This document shows positions 53,578 through 54,058 of a stretch of DNA of 54,058 bases, piece by piece; positions within the stretch are counted from its first letter, which is position 1, and each line of letters opens with the position of its first letter. Under the pieces are notes generated by a model. The model was given only the letters and a program-made list of their open reading frames with translations. It was not told the DNA's origin and ran no database searches. The position numbers and the translations under genes are program-made. Source of the stretch: a virus (taxonomy: Duplodnaviria > Caudoviricetes); IMG/VR virus record IMGVR_UViG_3300031776_000001, positions 1 to 54,058 of that record. One strand, written 5' to 3'.

Positions 53578-54058
53578 TCCTCCTCCGATGCATCATCCGG
53601 CGGCAGGGCTCCCATGAGCTCCTGATCCCGCTCCTGCCGCTGCTCCGTCTCCCGCATGATCTCCCGCGTCATGGTGGTGGTGGAGAGCTTGACGATACCG
53701 ACTCGGTCCAGCCAGGTCTCGATAGCCTTGAGCTTGATCTCCTGGCGCCCTTCTTGGAGCAAGTTCACGAATTGTTCCAGCACCAGCGGGGCCAGGACCG
53801 CCAGATCCTCCAGCACCCTGGTGCGCAGGGTGGCGAGGTTGCGGAGCTCCTTCTCCTGCTGTTCCGCATCATAGAGCTGGGCCTGCTCATACCAGCGATC
53901 CTCGCGAGACCACCGGTACAAGAGCTCCTTGTTGGTGGTGGGAATATCCCGCCGCAGCCCCAGGCTGCCATCAGGATCACGACGGCGGCGGCTCACGTAC
54001 TCCCGCCAGAGCCCTTCCACACTGCGCCGGGGGCCCATGGCCAGGAAGTCGGTGAGGG
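53535..54058 (-). CDS. terS: Terminase small subunit, second allele (5' truncated by window edge)
   Basis: Matches 3151..3674 with T/N, R/K and E/D changes. Confidence 0.7.
   Translation of the reverse strand, partial: LTDFLAMGPRRSVEGLWREYVSRRRRDPDGSLGLRRDIPTTNKELLYRWSREDRWYEQAQLYDAEQQEKELRNLATLRTRVLEDLAVLAPLVLEQFVNLLQEGRQEIKLKAIETWLDRVGIVKLSTTTMTREIMRETEQRQERDQELMGALPPDDASEEEWARWLARLHEAGS

Larger units (their letters stand above)
50385..54058. repeat. Terminal direct repeat / circular overlap, copy 2 (variant allele from ~52723)
   Basis: Matches 1..3674. Confidence 0.97.

Noticed and set aside
50385-54058. Genuine virion direct terminal repeat
   Set aside because: Ends fall inside portal and terS and the copies differ by many SNPs; an assembly overlap is more likely.
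1-54058. Prophage/integration module or diversity-generating retroelement
   Set aside because: No integrase, reverse transcriptase, host flanks or adenine-specific TR/VR pair seen; fibre repeats are ordinary module duplications.

Overview
Apparently complete ~50.4 kb GC-rich dsDNA tailed-phage genome with podovirus-like architecture and no recognisable integrase. It is assembled with a 3,674-nt overlap (1..3674 recurs at 50385..54058); the part from 2339 onward is a diverged allele. The QYFER-type cell-surface repeat in both the endolysin and a secreted glycoside hydrolase points to a Chloroflexota host, possibly Thermomicrobia-like (inference). Layout: (i) minus-strand late genes (terminases, portal, internal virion proteins including a 2,192-aa polyvalent protein, scaffold, capsid, tail, two fibres, lysis); (ii) a palindrome array at 8726-9023 that looks like the origin; (iii) a plus-strand replication operon (annealing protein, DnaB fused to a resolvase-like nuclease, dNMP kinase, PolA, primase, Cas4-like nuclease); (iv) a ~2 kb non-coding stretch where G/C skew flips; (v) an early cassette driven by a near-consensus sigma70 promoter. 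The most notable signals are a three-copy, covarying three-way-junction RNA motif between early genes that I cannot assign to a known family, a SAM-lyase-like domain inside the giant virion protein, the origin-like palindrome array, and a tRNA-Asn-like gene with a non-canonical anticodon loop. All calls were made by eye, without database searches.
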